Shown: piece after piece, positions 23,925 to 35,787 of the stretch
Numbering within the stretch: the first letter of the stretch is position 1
Layout: each line of letters starts with the position of its first letter
The notes under the pieces: generated by a model
Told to the model about the DNA's origin: nothing
Databases searched by the model: none
What the model saw: only the letters and a program-made list of their open reading frames with translations
DNA from: Octopus bimaculoides
Lineage: Eukaryota
Direction: 5' to 3'
Assembly: GCF_001194135.2 (NCBI RefSeq)
Contig: NC_069001.1
Span: 21,040,442-21,081,681, forward strand
DNA: 41,240 nucleotides
Made by a program: the position numbers and the translations under genes

Positions 23925-24575
23925 NNNNNNNNNNNNNNNNNNNNNNNNNNNNNNNNNNNNNNNNNNNNNNNNNNNNNNNNNNNNNNNNNNNNNNNNNNNN
24001 NNNNNNNNNNNNNNNNNNNNNNNNNNNNNNNNNNNNNNNNNNNNNNNNNNNNNNNNNNNNNNNNNNNNNNNNNNNNNNNNNNNNNNNNNNNNNNNNNNNN
24101 NNNNNNNNNNNNNNNNNNNNNNNNNNNNNNNNNNNNNNNNNNNNNNNNNNNNNNNNNNNNNNNNNNNNNNNNNNNNNNNNNNNNNNNNNNNNNNNNNNNN
24201 NNNNNNNNNNNNNNNNNNNNNNNNNNNNNNNNNNNNNNNNNNNNNNNNNNNNNNNNNNNNNNNNNNNNNNNNNNNNNNNNNNNNNNNNNNNNNNNNNNNN
24301 NNNNNNNNNNNNNNNNNNNNNNNNNNNNNNNNNNNNNNNNNNNNNNNNNNNNNNNNNNNNNNNNNNNNNNNNNNNNNNNNNNNNNNNNNNNNNNNNNNNN
24401 NNNNNNNNNNNNNNNNNNNNNNNNNNNNNNNNNNNNNNNNNNNNNNNNNNNNNNNNNNNNNNNNNNNNNNNNNNNNNNNNNNNNNNNNNNNNNNNNNNNN
24501 NNNNNNNNNNNNNNNNNNNNNNNNNNNNNNNNNNNNNNNNNNNNNNNNNNNNNNNNNNNNNNNNNNNNNNNNNNN

Positions 24576-24611
<36 letters not shown>

Positions 24612-26024
24612 TAATTGTTACAACTACAAAGACGAATCAAGTTACTCATTGGCATATTTTCTAGAAAGCTGTTCCCTCTAAAATGTAATGTTTTGATCAT
24701 AAGTAACAGGACTTCAATAAAATTTCATAAGCAGATTCTGTGAGGACCTTAAACTTTAGATATAACTATTTTTGTCTCATATGTAAATGTGTAAAAGTGT
24801 ATTCGATAACGTGTAGTCGGACTAAGAGCATATTTACATTACCTACTAACCTCTTGTTTATCGGTTTCTGTAAACTGAAAAATTCTGATACATCTATGAA
24901 TCAACCAGACTTGACCCAAACGGGGCAATGCAACTTCAGTCATCGACAAGTGAAGTTCTTCAAATATTACAGCAAAATATGGGTTATAGGTTATATATCA
25001 ATATAATAAAATCGAAATCTGTTCCATTTAGAAGGAAGTACATTGTGGCGAGTATCAAAGAATACTGCGGTATATCTTTATTAATTGAAGACATCTGAAT
25101 ATAATCCGCAAAAGTATTTGAAATCAGAACCAAAATAACATTTTAAAGCACTGCAACTGATAAATGCAGTGAAGTGTGTTACATCTTGGTAACTGCAACG
25201 AGATTTGTATGCTCAGTGTTAAAAAGTAGTGTCTTGGTATTAAAACACTAGAGAAAAACAATAATTCTATATTAATTATCGTCTGCGATTCTTTTGACTG
25301 AGCTATCTGCAACTCACATATTTCTGCAGATGAATATATTAATTTCCTTATACAGATAACCATATCGATTTTACATGTCAGTCGAGAGTTTGTCGAACAT
25401 TCAAAAATTGTAATAATAATAAAAAAATAACTATACATATTTGTGTTATAGTATGTATCTGGTCTTATATGTTTAAATTAATTAATGTGTGCGTTAGGGT
25501 ATGGTATGCTTGTGTATGTGTATGTCGTTTGAGAGTATTATAGCGTAACAAATTAATATTGATGTTCTTTATTTTTGCTTTCGCCTTTTTAGCAAACAGC
25601 TTCTGGTTGGCACATTTATTAGGTAGCTACTTGTAATTCTGCACCAATTGCAACGTATATGAAAGCTTTAATCAAGGCGAAATAGCTTATATCAAGAAAT
25701 AAATTGTTTGAGTAGAATTATTTAACGGTTAACGATTTGGATAAAGGCCCAGTTAAGATAACTGTCTCGAAAATTGGTTAAGCAACGAGTGAAAATAAGA
25801 AATAGATTATAAAAAGAAAAACAAAATCTGTAAAGAAAACGAAACTGATAAAAAATATGACAAAAATAATTTAATGTCGTATTAAGCCAAAATATTGACG
25901 TTTCACTTATCAATTAGCTATGGTGCTCGGCGATTCCCAAGTATTTTATAAAAAAAACAACACAAAACAAAATAAGAAAACATTATACAGTAATGTGGAC
26001 ATTTCGTCAAGCATTACAAGCCAT

Positions 26025-26184
26025 AGAGGTGTGGCTGTGCGGTAAGAAGCTTGCTTCCCAACTATATAGTTTCAGGTTCAGTCCCACTGCGTGGCACTTC
26101 GGGCAAGTGTCTTCTACTATAACCTCGGGCCGACCAAAGCCTTGTGAGTGGATTTGGTAGACAGAAACTGAAAGAAGCTCGTCG

Positions 26185-26216
<32 letters not shown>

Positions 26217-26434
26217 CGTGCTCTCTCTCGCGCGCGCCTGTGTTTGTTCCCTCGTCATCGCTTGACAACCGATGCTGGTGTGTTTACGTCCCCGAAACAT
26301 AGCGGTTCGGCAAAAGAGACCGATAGAATAAATACTAGGCTTACAAAGAATAAATTTTGGCGCCGAGTTGTTCGACTAAAGGCGGTACTCCAACATAGCT
26401 GCTGTCAAATGACTGAAACAAGTAAAAGGTAAAA
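26025..26434 (+). mobile_element. SINE family 1, full length
   Basis: gtggctgtgcggtaagaagcttgc...caggttcagtcccactgcgtggcac...aaatgactgaaacaagtaaaag. Confidence 0.92.
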
Positions 26435-26444
26435 CAATCTTTGT

Positions 26445-27650
26445 GTATTGTCATTGTAGAAGAAATTAGTGTAATGATCTTGTTCGTTTACGTGTTCATT
26501 TCGTAGCCATGAAATAATGTCCTTGGTTATATCGTGTGCTGCTACTGAGACTGACATGAAATTGAATCATTTGAAATTTTGGTGCAAATCAGCTGGATTT
26601 AATATATTCTAGACATGAAACAACTGTCATCAGCAAATATTTCTGATATGTTTGTGGTTTCTGGAGGCATCCAATTTTTGGTGATAAGTTTTGTACAACG
26701 GTAATGTTTTTTTTAGGTAATGAAGTGACATGACATATGGTCCATGCGTCAATCTGAAGCTTTTCAGAAATTTGGCTGATTAAATTCCAACGTGATCTTA
26801 CGAAGTACCTGTTTTTAAAGATTTATAGCATCTTTTCTCTCTGGATAGCAGTTCTGTAGCCATCTGTTGATTTGTCTCAGCAACGGTTCTTAATGTAACG
26901 ACTGTTTGTTCGTTGAGTCATTTGAGATCACATTGCCTGATATATATGTCAGGTAATCAGTAGCTGATTTGTTTCAATGACATGGCAGGACAGTAATTGA
27001 AATTTGGGGTTGGAGTCTGTTTCCTCTCTTGATTAGCTGACCGCCAACAATATTTTCAAATTTTGGCTCAAGGCCAGTGGTTTTGGGGGAGGGGTGGGGG
27101 AAAGTCAATTAAATCGATCCCAATGATCAACTGGTACTTATTTTATCGACTCCGAAAGTATGAAAAGCAAAGTCATCCTCGGCGGATTTGAACTCAGAAA
27201 ATAAAGACAGACAAAAAGCCGCTGAACATTTTGACCCGAGTGCAAACAATTCTGCCAGATCGCCTCATGAAATTCACAACAATATTATTATCAGTTGTGT
27301 GTATTGGCATTATTAAACATTACCAGAGATAAGTGATTTGCAGACAGGCATTGATCTAATCAGCTCGGATTCCTCGAGGAATTATAAGCAACATTCGTTT
27401 GAAATCATCAGCAAGAACATGCTTGTTGTCTTTAAGATCCTGCATTCTTCTATCCGAGGCTTCAAAGCTCACCCATAGTTCATTGTCACCTCATCTCAGA
27501 TCATCAATTCGCATTTTGTAGGAGTTTGCTCTTGGGCAAGTCCTTGATGTTGCACAGGGGTTGTTTATTCAGAGCTTTCGATACTGCATTTACAAAATTC
27601 AGGGAAGTGCTATCGCTTAGTTGGTAGCATTCTGCTCTACATTAGCAGCA
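26445..27650 (-). mobile_element. Highly decayed LINE RT remnant (clade unresolved), interrupted by a SINE
   Basis: IFADDSC at about 26620-26640 followed by IISWL. Other RT motifs only loosely recognisable; extent approximate. Confidence 0.5.
27045..27265 (-). mobile_element. SINE family 2
   Basis: ctggtacttattttatcgac...catcctcggcggatttgaactcag (B-box on -). Confidence 0.85.
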
Positions 27651-27719
27651 TGAAAAATTTGTGTAATTTTTACCTGATGGTTGCAAGCGAGATAGACGCC
27701 AAATACAATTTTCGGATAT

Positions 27720-27772
27720 GCATGTATGTATGTATTTATAGACATACATACACATCTATCTATCTATCTATC

Positions 27773-27835
<63 letters not shown>

Positions 27836-27978
27836 GTCTGCCTACCTGCCTGCCTGTCTGCCTGCCTGCCTGCCTACCTGCCTGCCTGTCTGTCTGTCTG
27901 TCTGTCTGTCTGCCTGCCTGCGTGCCTGTCTGTCTGTCTGTCTGTGTGTCTATATATATGTGTGTGTGTATATATATA
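27720..27978. repeat. Compound microsatellite (ATGT)/(ATCT)/(GCCT)/(GTCT)/(GT)/(AT)
   Basis: Directly visible. Confidence 0.95.
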
Positions 27979-28189
27979 CAAGGAGGTGCTGAAAAGTTCT
28001 TGGCTTTAAGGGTATCGCGAAAGGCCTGATTGGAGGCCCAACCTTCCGAGTTCTTTTACAGGGCTTAGGAAAATTGAAGGACCGCTGCATTAAGTATGTG
28101 AATCTGAGAGGAATATTTTGAATAAAATCATAATTAACTGATCCTCCTCTATTTTCTTTTATTCAATGCCTAGAACTTTTCAGAACCCA

Positions 28190-28193
<4 letters not shown>
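27979..28193 (+). mobile_element. mariner-derived MITE
   Basis: TIRs TA|caaggaggtgctgaaaagttcttggc and gcctagaacttttcagaacccactca|TA; interior keeps the transposase C-terminus RKLKDRCIKYVNLRG. Confidence 0.88.
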
Positions 28194-28239
<46 letters not shown>

Positions 28240-29303
28240 TTGTTTTTGTTCTTTTTGTTGTTTTTCTTTTCTCTGTCTTTTCGCTATTTTTCAGGGTGTC
28301 TAACTACCATTGGGCACAGAAAACCGGTGTCATTAATATGGGGAAATAGTGGTATCATAAAAGAGACATCTGATGCATTTTTAAAGAACTAGATATATGT
28401 ATAAACATTGAGGTAGAGAGATCTCTTCATGCAAAATGTGCCGGGAGGGAGCCCCCAGGCCCACCATTACCATGGGTATACTTGGGGCAATTGCTCCGTT
28501 TGTTCTCCTATAAATCCAGCTATGGTCTAACCAATTCGACTGAAAAGGTATACAAAACCCCACGTTATAGTTACAAATCTGGGAGCCCATGAGTGCAAAG
28601 CGAGCTTCTTAGCCAGTTGGATTTGCTTGCTTCTACAACGTGAGTAGGTAAGACAGCAAAGCCTATATATTGGTAGTTTACTACACAGTGTTCACACTTC
28701 TTCAACTTAGAATAGAAATAATGCTACATAAAGTAGTAGTTGTTATGAAATGTATATTTATTGAAACAGGAGTAATATAATCTTGACTGTCGTGTGAAAA
28801 TAACAGAAGCGTGATACGTTTTATTAGTTTTAAATATCAGTTTGCTATCGAAAGAAATAGTTTCTAGTAGCTAGTTATTCAGCAAACAATTAGAATGTCA
28901 CCACTTGGCCAGTAAGTGTAACGATTTAAGGAGCTGTCTGTTTGTTAAGTAAGTTTCCCTAGTTAACTACCGGCTGGTCATTAAGCATAGCTATATACCT
29001 TACACGTGTTTATGGCCTTTAAAAGCTTTCTAAATGGGAAATTATTTAACACGCAGGATTTTTACTTTGATGACTTTTGCTACAATCAACTATAATGAAG
29101 CACTATTATTTCGCTATTAGTTTTACAATTTCCTAACTTATTGATCTACTTCAGATAAATTGGATGAGTGTGAATGTGTGTGTGTGTGTGTGCGTGCGCG
29201 CGCGCTTATGAATCTCCAGAGTAATACTCATAAGGGAAAAACAATCAAGATCGACTTTTGACAGATGACAAATAATGCATTTTTCTTCTTTTAGATTCAT
29301 TAT

Positions 29304-29574
29304 CTAATTACTCTCTGTGAATATGGGGCTCTTGTAATTAGTAAGTATGGAACAAGTCAAATTGCCTGACCCACCGTTCACCGAATTACTCACGCAAAAA
29401 TCACTTAATTTCAGCACAAAAAGAAAGGAAAAACAAACCAAGATAGGTTATACCCACTGTGTTGCCAATGCTTACAACAGTGATTTTCCTACCCGGAGGT
29501 AGTTAGCTACAGCAAAGCATTCTGGTTCTTTGAGAACGAAATCTTTAGTTATAGACCCAGTGTAATGATGAGAT
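29304..29574 (-). other. Candidate exon pair 29476-29574 and 29304-29403 with a 72-nt intron
   Basis: tttag| 99-nt open exon |gtaagc; intron with a pyrimidine tract ending ttaag; frame stays open across the junction. No recognisable protein family. Confidence 0.25.
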
Positions 29575-29579
29575 CTAAA

Positions 29580-30491
29580 TGAGGTGGTACCCAAAAGAAA
29601 CCGGAATTTTGCAATGCTATTTTATTCACTTAGTTTTACATGGTTACACTTTTATCGTCTTCAAAGTATTCTCCATTTGAAGCAATGCATCGATCGAAAC
29701 GCGTTTTCCACTGTTCGAAGCAGTCCTGGAACTCTTGCGAAGTGATGTTTTTAACTCGTTCGTCACTTTTTTCTTCACCTCTTCTACATCTGCAATTTCC
29801 GTAACACCAGCGTTCCTCACCAGTGATGACCTTCGAAAAAAAAAGGTCCGGATCATCTTCCAACTGTTCTTTCAGTTTATAACACTCATTCAATCGTGTA
29901 AGCGACGCACAAATTTCCGTCAGTAAGCGACGCACAAATTTTGCCGCAACTCTTTTCATTCGCAGTTCCTCGTTCAAAATTCATTGGCAGGAGTTCCAGG
30001 ACATACCAGTCATATCAACAAGCTTGTCAATTGTTCAGTGATGATCCTTCAAGATCAGTTCATGAATTTTCATGATGTTTTCATTCGTTCGGGCGGTCGA
30101 CGGTCATCCTGAACGAGGTTGATCTTCAAGCGACAAGTTACCATTCCTAAAGCGTGGAAACCACTAGCAAACTTGCATCCGCTCATGGCAGCGTCCTTGT
30201 AAGCTGTTTGAAGCAGGACAACTGTTTCGGCTGCCGTTTTCCCCAGCAGAAATCAAAATTTCACGGAAGCACGCTGTTCCTTTGTTTCAGCCATCGCAAA
30301 AATCGACGAACAGGGGAGAAGTACTGCAAAACAAAGACACACCACATGGCAGTACGACTTCACCCGACGACGCCAGTCGGTATACTGATGCCGGAGGGTC
30401 GTATCAAGTGGCTTCGTATCAGTGGAAGTGCGAACTACAACGGGCTTGTCCCACAGAGAACGTTTCCGGTTACTTTCTGGGTACTCCCTCG
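29580..30491 (-). mobile_element. mariner element with internal deletion
   Basis: TIRs tgaggtggtacccaaaagaaaccggaa / ttccggttactttctgggtactccctcg|TA; KRVAAKFVRRLL, SKVITGEERWCYG, FEQWKTRFDRCIASNGEYFE. Confidence 0.92.
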
Positions 30492-30804
30492 TATACTATT
30501 ATCTAATCATTAGAATATGCATATTTGCAAACAATTTATAAAATGGTACTGGACAATAAAGGAGTAACAGTCCCACCGACGTGACTCGAACCTTGTATCA
30601 ATTCCTTGCCAGGTGACATTACCAAGTCCCGTCTTCAGTTTTTAAATTAGCAATGACACATGATTGCTTAATCTGCTAAAAATAGCAGCCACAGCTTAAA
30701 GAATGAAAGATATTAAGCAATGAAGTCTTTGTTAGCCCCAGGTGTAATTTCAAGAATAACAACATAAACAACCGTTATAAATAATATTTATATTTGTTTT
30801 AAAA

Positions 30805-30975
30805 CAATTGCAGCGTGGAAGGTGTTTCTAAGCCATTCAAGAAGCACACAAAAACCGTTAGATTCACTTCAACATTTAAATTTAATTTACCAAAATATTT
30901 TCGTCGCTTTGAGACCGCCACCTGTTCACTGACAAAATTCCATGCTGTTCTAAAATGATTTAAGATTATATTCCC
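30805..30975 (-). repeat. Dispersed repeat with hammerhead-like fold, copy B
   Basis: Reverse complement of 23822-23924; see findings. Confidence 0.85.
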
Positions 30976-31313
30976 TGAAATGAAATACTCTTGGTAGATA
31001 TTCAAACAGTCGTTAGAGCTATTTGTGTTTTACTTAGCTTCGATGGAGTCAGAAGTATGCCTGGTCTCATAGTTTATATTGATACAGAAGGTTATTTTTA
31101 TGTGTTGGAACACAATTAATGGAAGCAATAAGATAAAACCGCTTAATATGACATGTAGGGGAAGTCTCTGTTAGCCACTCAACACAGGGGCTAGTTTTTA
31201 TTTATATGTCAAGTAGATATTCAGGTATCACGACGTGTCTTCGATTATCTTCGATTAAATATACAGCTGTGAGAATAGCAACAAGGAGAGAGTAACACAA
31301 CTCAACCCCAAAC

Positions 31314-31414
31314 ACTGAATTTTGGTGCTCAGTTTGACTGTATTTATAGGCTGTGTTCACAGAAAATTGTAGCTGGGCCACCGAACTACCACGTGAACAA
31401 CAACCATTCATTGG
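31314..31414 (-). promoter_or_regulatory. Candidate Pol II core promoter
   Basis: On -: CCAAT (31410-31414), CACGTG (31390-31395), TATAAATA (31341-31348), Inr-like TCAGT with the A at 31316 (TATA starts at -32). Confidence 0.35.
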
Positions 31415-31730
31415 ATAAAATCTCGGTTGCGCACATGTTCTAACTATGACTGAACTGCGGGTTGAATTTCGTATGTGACAAAACGCGGGATCGAATCCAG
31501 TGTTATAATATATAGTGTCCCATTCACCACTAGTTCGCTCTCATTTTGTTGATCTCGAATATACATTCCAATTATATGTAGGGGCTTCAATTCCAAATGT
31601 AAATTGGACGACGTATATGTAGATCCCAAATTTACAGGCATGCATTCATGCGTACACAACATACACACGCGCACGCGCACACTCATAACTCTAATATGCA
31701 CGCGACCGCACGCACGCACACACACACACA

Positions 31731-31763
<33 letters not shown>

Positions 31764-31987
31764 GTTTAATAGTCAAAATCGTTATAACTAATGGTGATTG
31801 GGGGAGGTACTTAAAATGTTTATGGAATAAATCAACGACAGTAAATATTAATGATTTTTGTATCGGCAATCTCAGAAAACCTCCGAATTGAAGGAACTCT
31901 TCTTCATTAAATGATATTTTTAAAAGAGCTAAGTAACAGCAACGAGCTCTACTGGTTCATTTGGTTATTGATTTTAATTCTCATGCA

Positions 31988-32278
31988 TCTTTATCGTTTA
32001 TCTTTTACTTGTGTCAGTCATTAGCTTGCGGCCATGCTGGGGTACCGCCTCGATGTGTTTAATGGAACAACACATTATTTAAAAAAAAAATCTGGTACTT
32101 ATTCCATTGGCCTCCTTCTACCTGCTACAGGGACGTGCAACAAATAAACACCGGTTGTCAAGTAGTGGTGACGGGCAAACACAAAGATACACATACATGT
32201 ACGTTCGTACATACATATACACATGGATATACGTACGTACATCTATCTATCTATCTATCTATCTACCTATCTATCTAC

Positions 32279-32335
<57 letters not shown>

Positions 32336-32492
32336 CGAGGGGCTTATTTCAGTTTCCGTCAACAAAACGCATGACTTTGGTGGGACAGGCATTTTTGTAG
32401 AAGACACTTAACTACTCAAGGTGATACGCAGTGGGACTGAACCCGGAATCGTATGGTTGGGAGGTTCTTACTACACAGTCACGTCTGCACCT
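31988..32492 (-). mobile_element. SINE family 1 with internal (ATCT)n
   Basis: Same head and tail as other copies. Confidence 0.88.
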
Positions 32493-32711
32493 ATAAATGT
32501 CGAAGGCTGCCCACTGGACTCAAATCACATTTCCTGTAGACATAACAGGTACTCTACTATTGGACCAAAGCAATCCGGTTTTCTTTTTAAGTTTATAATT
32601 TCACATCATTTCCATGCAACATCTCTATTTATTGAGCATTAAAGAAGTTTGTAATCGAAATATTGAATAGACACAGTTGAGTTAATCTCAATGTGACTAG
32701 TAGTGACTGCA

Positions 32712-33206
32712 TCTTTTATTTTTTCAATCCTTTACTTGTTTCAGTCTTTCGACTGCGGCCATGCCCCAGCACCGCCTTGAAGGTTTTAGTTGAACAAATC
32801 GACCCCAGCACCCATTAAAAAAAAATCTGGTAGTTATTCTATCGTTCTCTTTTGTCAAACCGTTTGATTATGGGAATGTAAACACACTAACACCACCTGT
32901 CAAGAGGTGGTGGTAGACAAACAAAAACACAAAGAAACACACCATACAGACACAGATGCACGTGCGCACAAACACACACGCGCGCACACACACACGCGCG
33001 CACACACACACGCGCGCACACACACACGCACGCACCCACACATGCACATACATACGATGGGCTTCTTTCAGTTTTCGTCTATTAAATCCACTCACAAGGT
33101 TTTGGTCGGCCCGGGGCTATAGCAGAAGGCATTTACCCAAGTACCATCCTAAGGGACTGGATCTATGACCACTTAGTTGAGAAGCAAACTTCCTAGCCAC
33201 AAAGCC
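32712..33206 (-). mobile_element. SINE family 1 with internal (CA)/(CG) tract
   Basis: Same head and tail as other copies. Confidence 0.88.
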
Positions 33207-33601
33207 AAAAAGTCAGTTTTTATTTTGGTAGGAAAGACGATAGCCAAAATAAGCTATCAACGCATGTATCTATTACGATTATTGGTTTTAGACGTTTAAG
33301 TTTTACTGGTGAGATAATAACAGAATCCATTTTTCATTGCTTTTATAACTATTAGGATGTAAAGTATATACTGAGTAAAATAATGAAAATATCCTCTGAA
33401 AAAGCAAAATCATATTGGTCTATATTTCAAATCTATATTCCTAATTAATGTCTCCGGTAGTACATATTACAATAAGAGATGTCAGGAAAACAGAAAAAAT
33501 AGAATACAAATTGAAAAGGATAACTTATTAACTTTCTGAAACTGCTAATTCAATATTATAACATAGAGGCTTATCTCCGTCTATCTGTCCGTAATAATAT
33601 C

Positions 33602-33662
<61 letters not shown>

Positions 33663-33757
33663 GGAAAAGAAAAAGTTGTTGCTGAGAGAGAAAAAGAGAG
33701 AGAAAGAGAGAGAGAGAGAGTTTGTATGCGTGTGTGTGTGTGTGTGTATATGTATGT

Positions 33758-33966
33758 ATTTCCTTGGTAAATCCATGTACTGTCTGTAGTAGTGTTTCCA
33801 GCTCTTTATCATTTCTAGCGTATAATTTTAGGTCATCTATATATAAAAGGTGGTTGACTGTTTTGCCGTAACATTTGTATCCGCATCCAGTTCTATTTAG
33901 CAATTCAGTTAAAGGTGTGAGTGCCAGGCAGAACAGGAGTGGAGAGAGCGTGTCTCCCTGGAATAT
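33758..33966 (-). mobile_element. R4/Dong-clade retrotransposon RT fragment
   Basis: Open frame IFQGDTLSPLLFCLALTPLTELLNRTGCGYKCYGKTVNHLLYIDDLKLYARNDKELETLL, directly preceded by (AAT)n. Confidence 0.85.
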
Positions 33967-33994
33967 ATTATTATTATTATTATTATTATTATTA

Positions 33995-34473
33995 TCTGTA
34001 TATATATAAAAGGCAGGATGTGTGTGTGTGTGTGTGTGTGTACGTACGTGAATGTAATTTATGCACGTCCACATATTAGCACGCATGTCGCTCCAATTTT
34101 AGGAGGACATTCGTCATGACCCTAGCTTTATTTTCGTCAACTTATTTTCCCCAGAGGCACCAGCGAATAACAGTACAAATAAATTTTCAACCAAAACTCT
34201 TAACAATTTTCAAGTCGGAGAAATCACAATTATTTACAAACAGGAGTTAAGTCCCTTTCTAGCGACGAGTAAGTTTTGGTTAAGACTCTTGTTGTTTCTT
34301 TTTCCATCGAGGAAAAAAGTGTTTTGTTGATAGAAGGGCAACGCACATACACACACATACGAACATGTATGCGTACAAAAAATATGTATGCAATTGGTGT
34401 ACGTACGTACGTGTGTGTATGTGTGCGTGTGTGTTTTGCCCATATATATATATATATATATTTATATATGGGC

Positions 34474-34570
<97 letters not shown>

Positions 34571-34731
34571 GTGTGTGTGTGTATACATATACTTAAGACT
34601 TAGTTGTGATCTGAACATAACTGCTTCTGACACAGAGAATCGGGAGCCCTTTTAGGCATTCTATTTATAAAGAACTTGATTAGCTTAATAATCCTAACTT
34701 AATCCCGAGCAAAGCCGGGTTATACTGCTAG
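33995..34731 (+). mobile_element. Non-autonomous Helitron
   Basis: A|TC 5' end at 33995, subterminal hairpin cccgagcaaagccggg (34704-34719), CTAG|T 3' end at 34731, no TSD. Confidence 0.9.
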
Positions 34732-34759
34732 TTATTATTATTATTATTATTGATTTTTT

Positions 34760-34970
34760 TAAAGCTTGCGGAATCGTTACCTCAGAGGACAAAATGCTTA
34801 AAGGCATTTCTTCTGGCTTTGCGTTATGAGTTCAATGCTGCCGAGGACGACTTTGTCTTTCATCCTTTCGGTGTTGATAAAATAAGTACCAGTTGAGCGC
34901 TGAGGCCAATGTAATCGACTTACACCCTCAACCCCAAATTTCAGGCCTTGCGCCAACGGTAGAAAGCATT
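34760..34970 (+). mobile_element. SINE family 2
   Basis: gagttcaatgctgccgaggacgactttgtctttcatcctttcgg...aagtaccagttg. Confidence 0.8.
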
Positions 34971-35660
34971 AATAATTTTTAGTTTTTCTACTTTAAATTC
35001 TTATGTTTTTATTGAGTTGTCGTATTCGAGAATCATTTCTGATATCTCTTACTACATGTCTGATTTTATATGTTATGACGAGGCCACTGGGATTAGACAG
35101 TTTTTCATCTAAGGGTGAGGTCATTTTGCATTTGTGCTTTGCGGGATTAAGATTTTGATATTATTTCTATTATGATGTGATGATGAAATGCTTTAATTTT
35201 ATGAAGGTACTTTTCGATAGTGTTACATCGTAGAAGTACTGAAGTTTTGTCTTCTTTACGTTCTACATTTGCTTTTTTGTTCTTTTATATATTTTCCTTG
35301 TAAAGTATTTGGTTTAATACATTTTAAATTTTGATCTTATAAACTCGATAACTGATAAAACGCTGTTACTTTCTACTTCAGGGTTCTGTGTTATTTTGGT
35401 ATTTCACATTTGAAGAAGTTTCATCTCAACATTTTTAGAAACTTCAAAGCAAGTCTTAGTATTCAGTGTTAGATTAATTACCAGCAATCAACATTACCAT
35501 CTACCTTCAAATCAGCGCTATTGTTGCTATTGTTTCTGTCCTTGTTATCACTATTATTGTTATTTCAATTGTATTCTTTCCAACTCAGTTTTATGCAAAA
35601 CATTGTAACTAACTGTTATTCTGTGTGTGAAGGAAAAGTGAGACTGAAAGTATAGCATAC

Positions 35661-35787
35661 CTAAGTACAGTTCTGAATGCATGTTTGAACTTCTCTCGGT
35701 CACTAAATAAATTCATAGTTGTTAAGCTAGTTTTGTAAATATACCTCTTAAAAATTTCAAAGTTGATCACCTCGCTTTCTACAGTTT
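35661..35787 (-). other. Candidate 127-nt exon
   Basis: ttcag| open 41 codons TVESEVINFEIFKRYIYKTSLTTMNLFSDREKFKHAFRTVL |gtatgc; unidentified. Confidence 0.2.

Noticed and set aside
18147-24700. Many long ORFs containing X runs
   Set aside because: Artefacts of N gaps and flanking dinucleotide repeats
27083-27101. G-quadruplex
   Set aside because: Only three G-runs, and part of a SINE
28293-28350. Strong plus-strand acceptor-like pyrimidine tract
   Set aside because: All frames stop soon, there is no good donor, and the tract follows a (TA)n repeat
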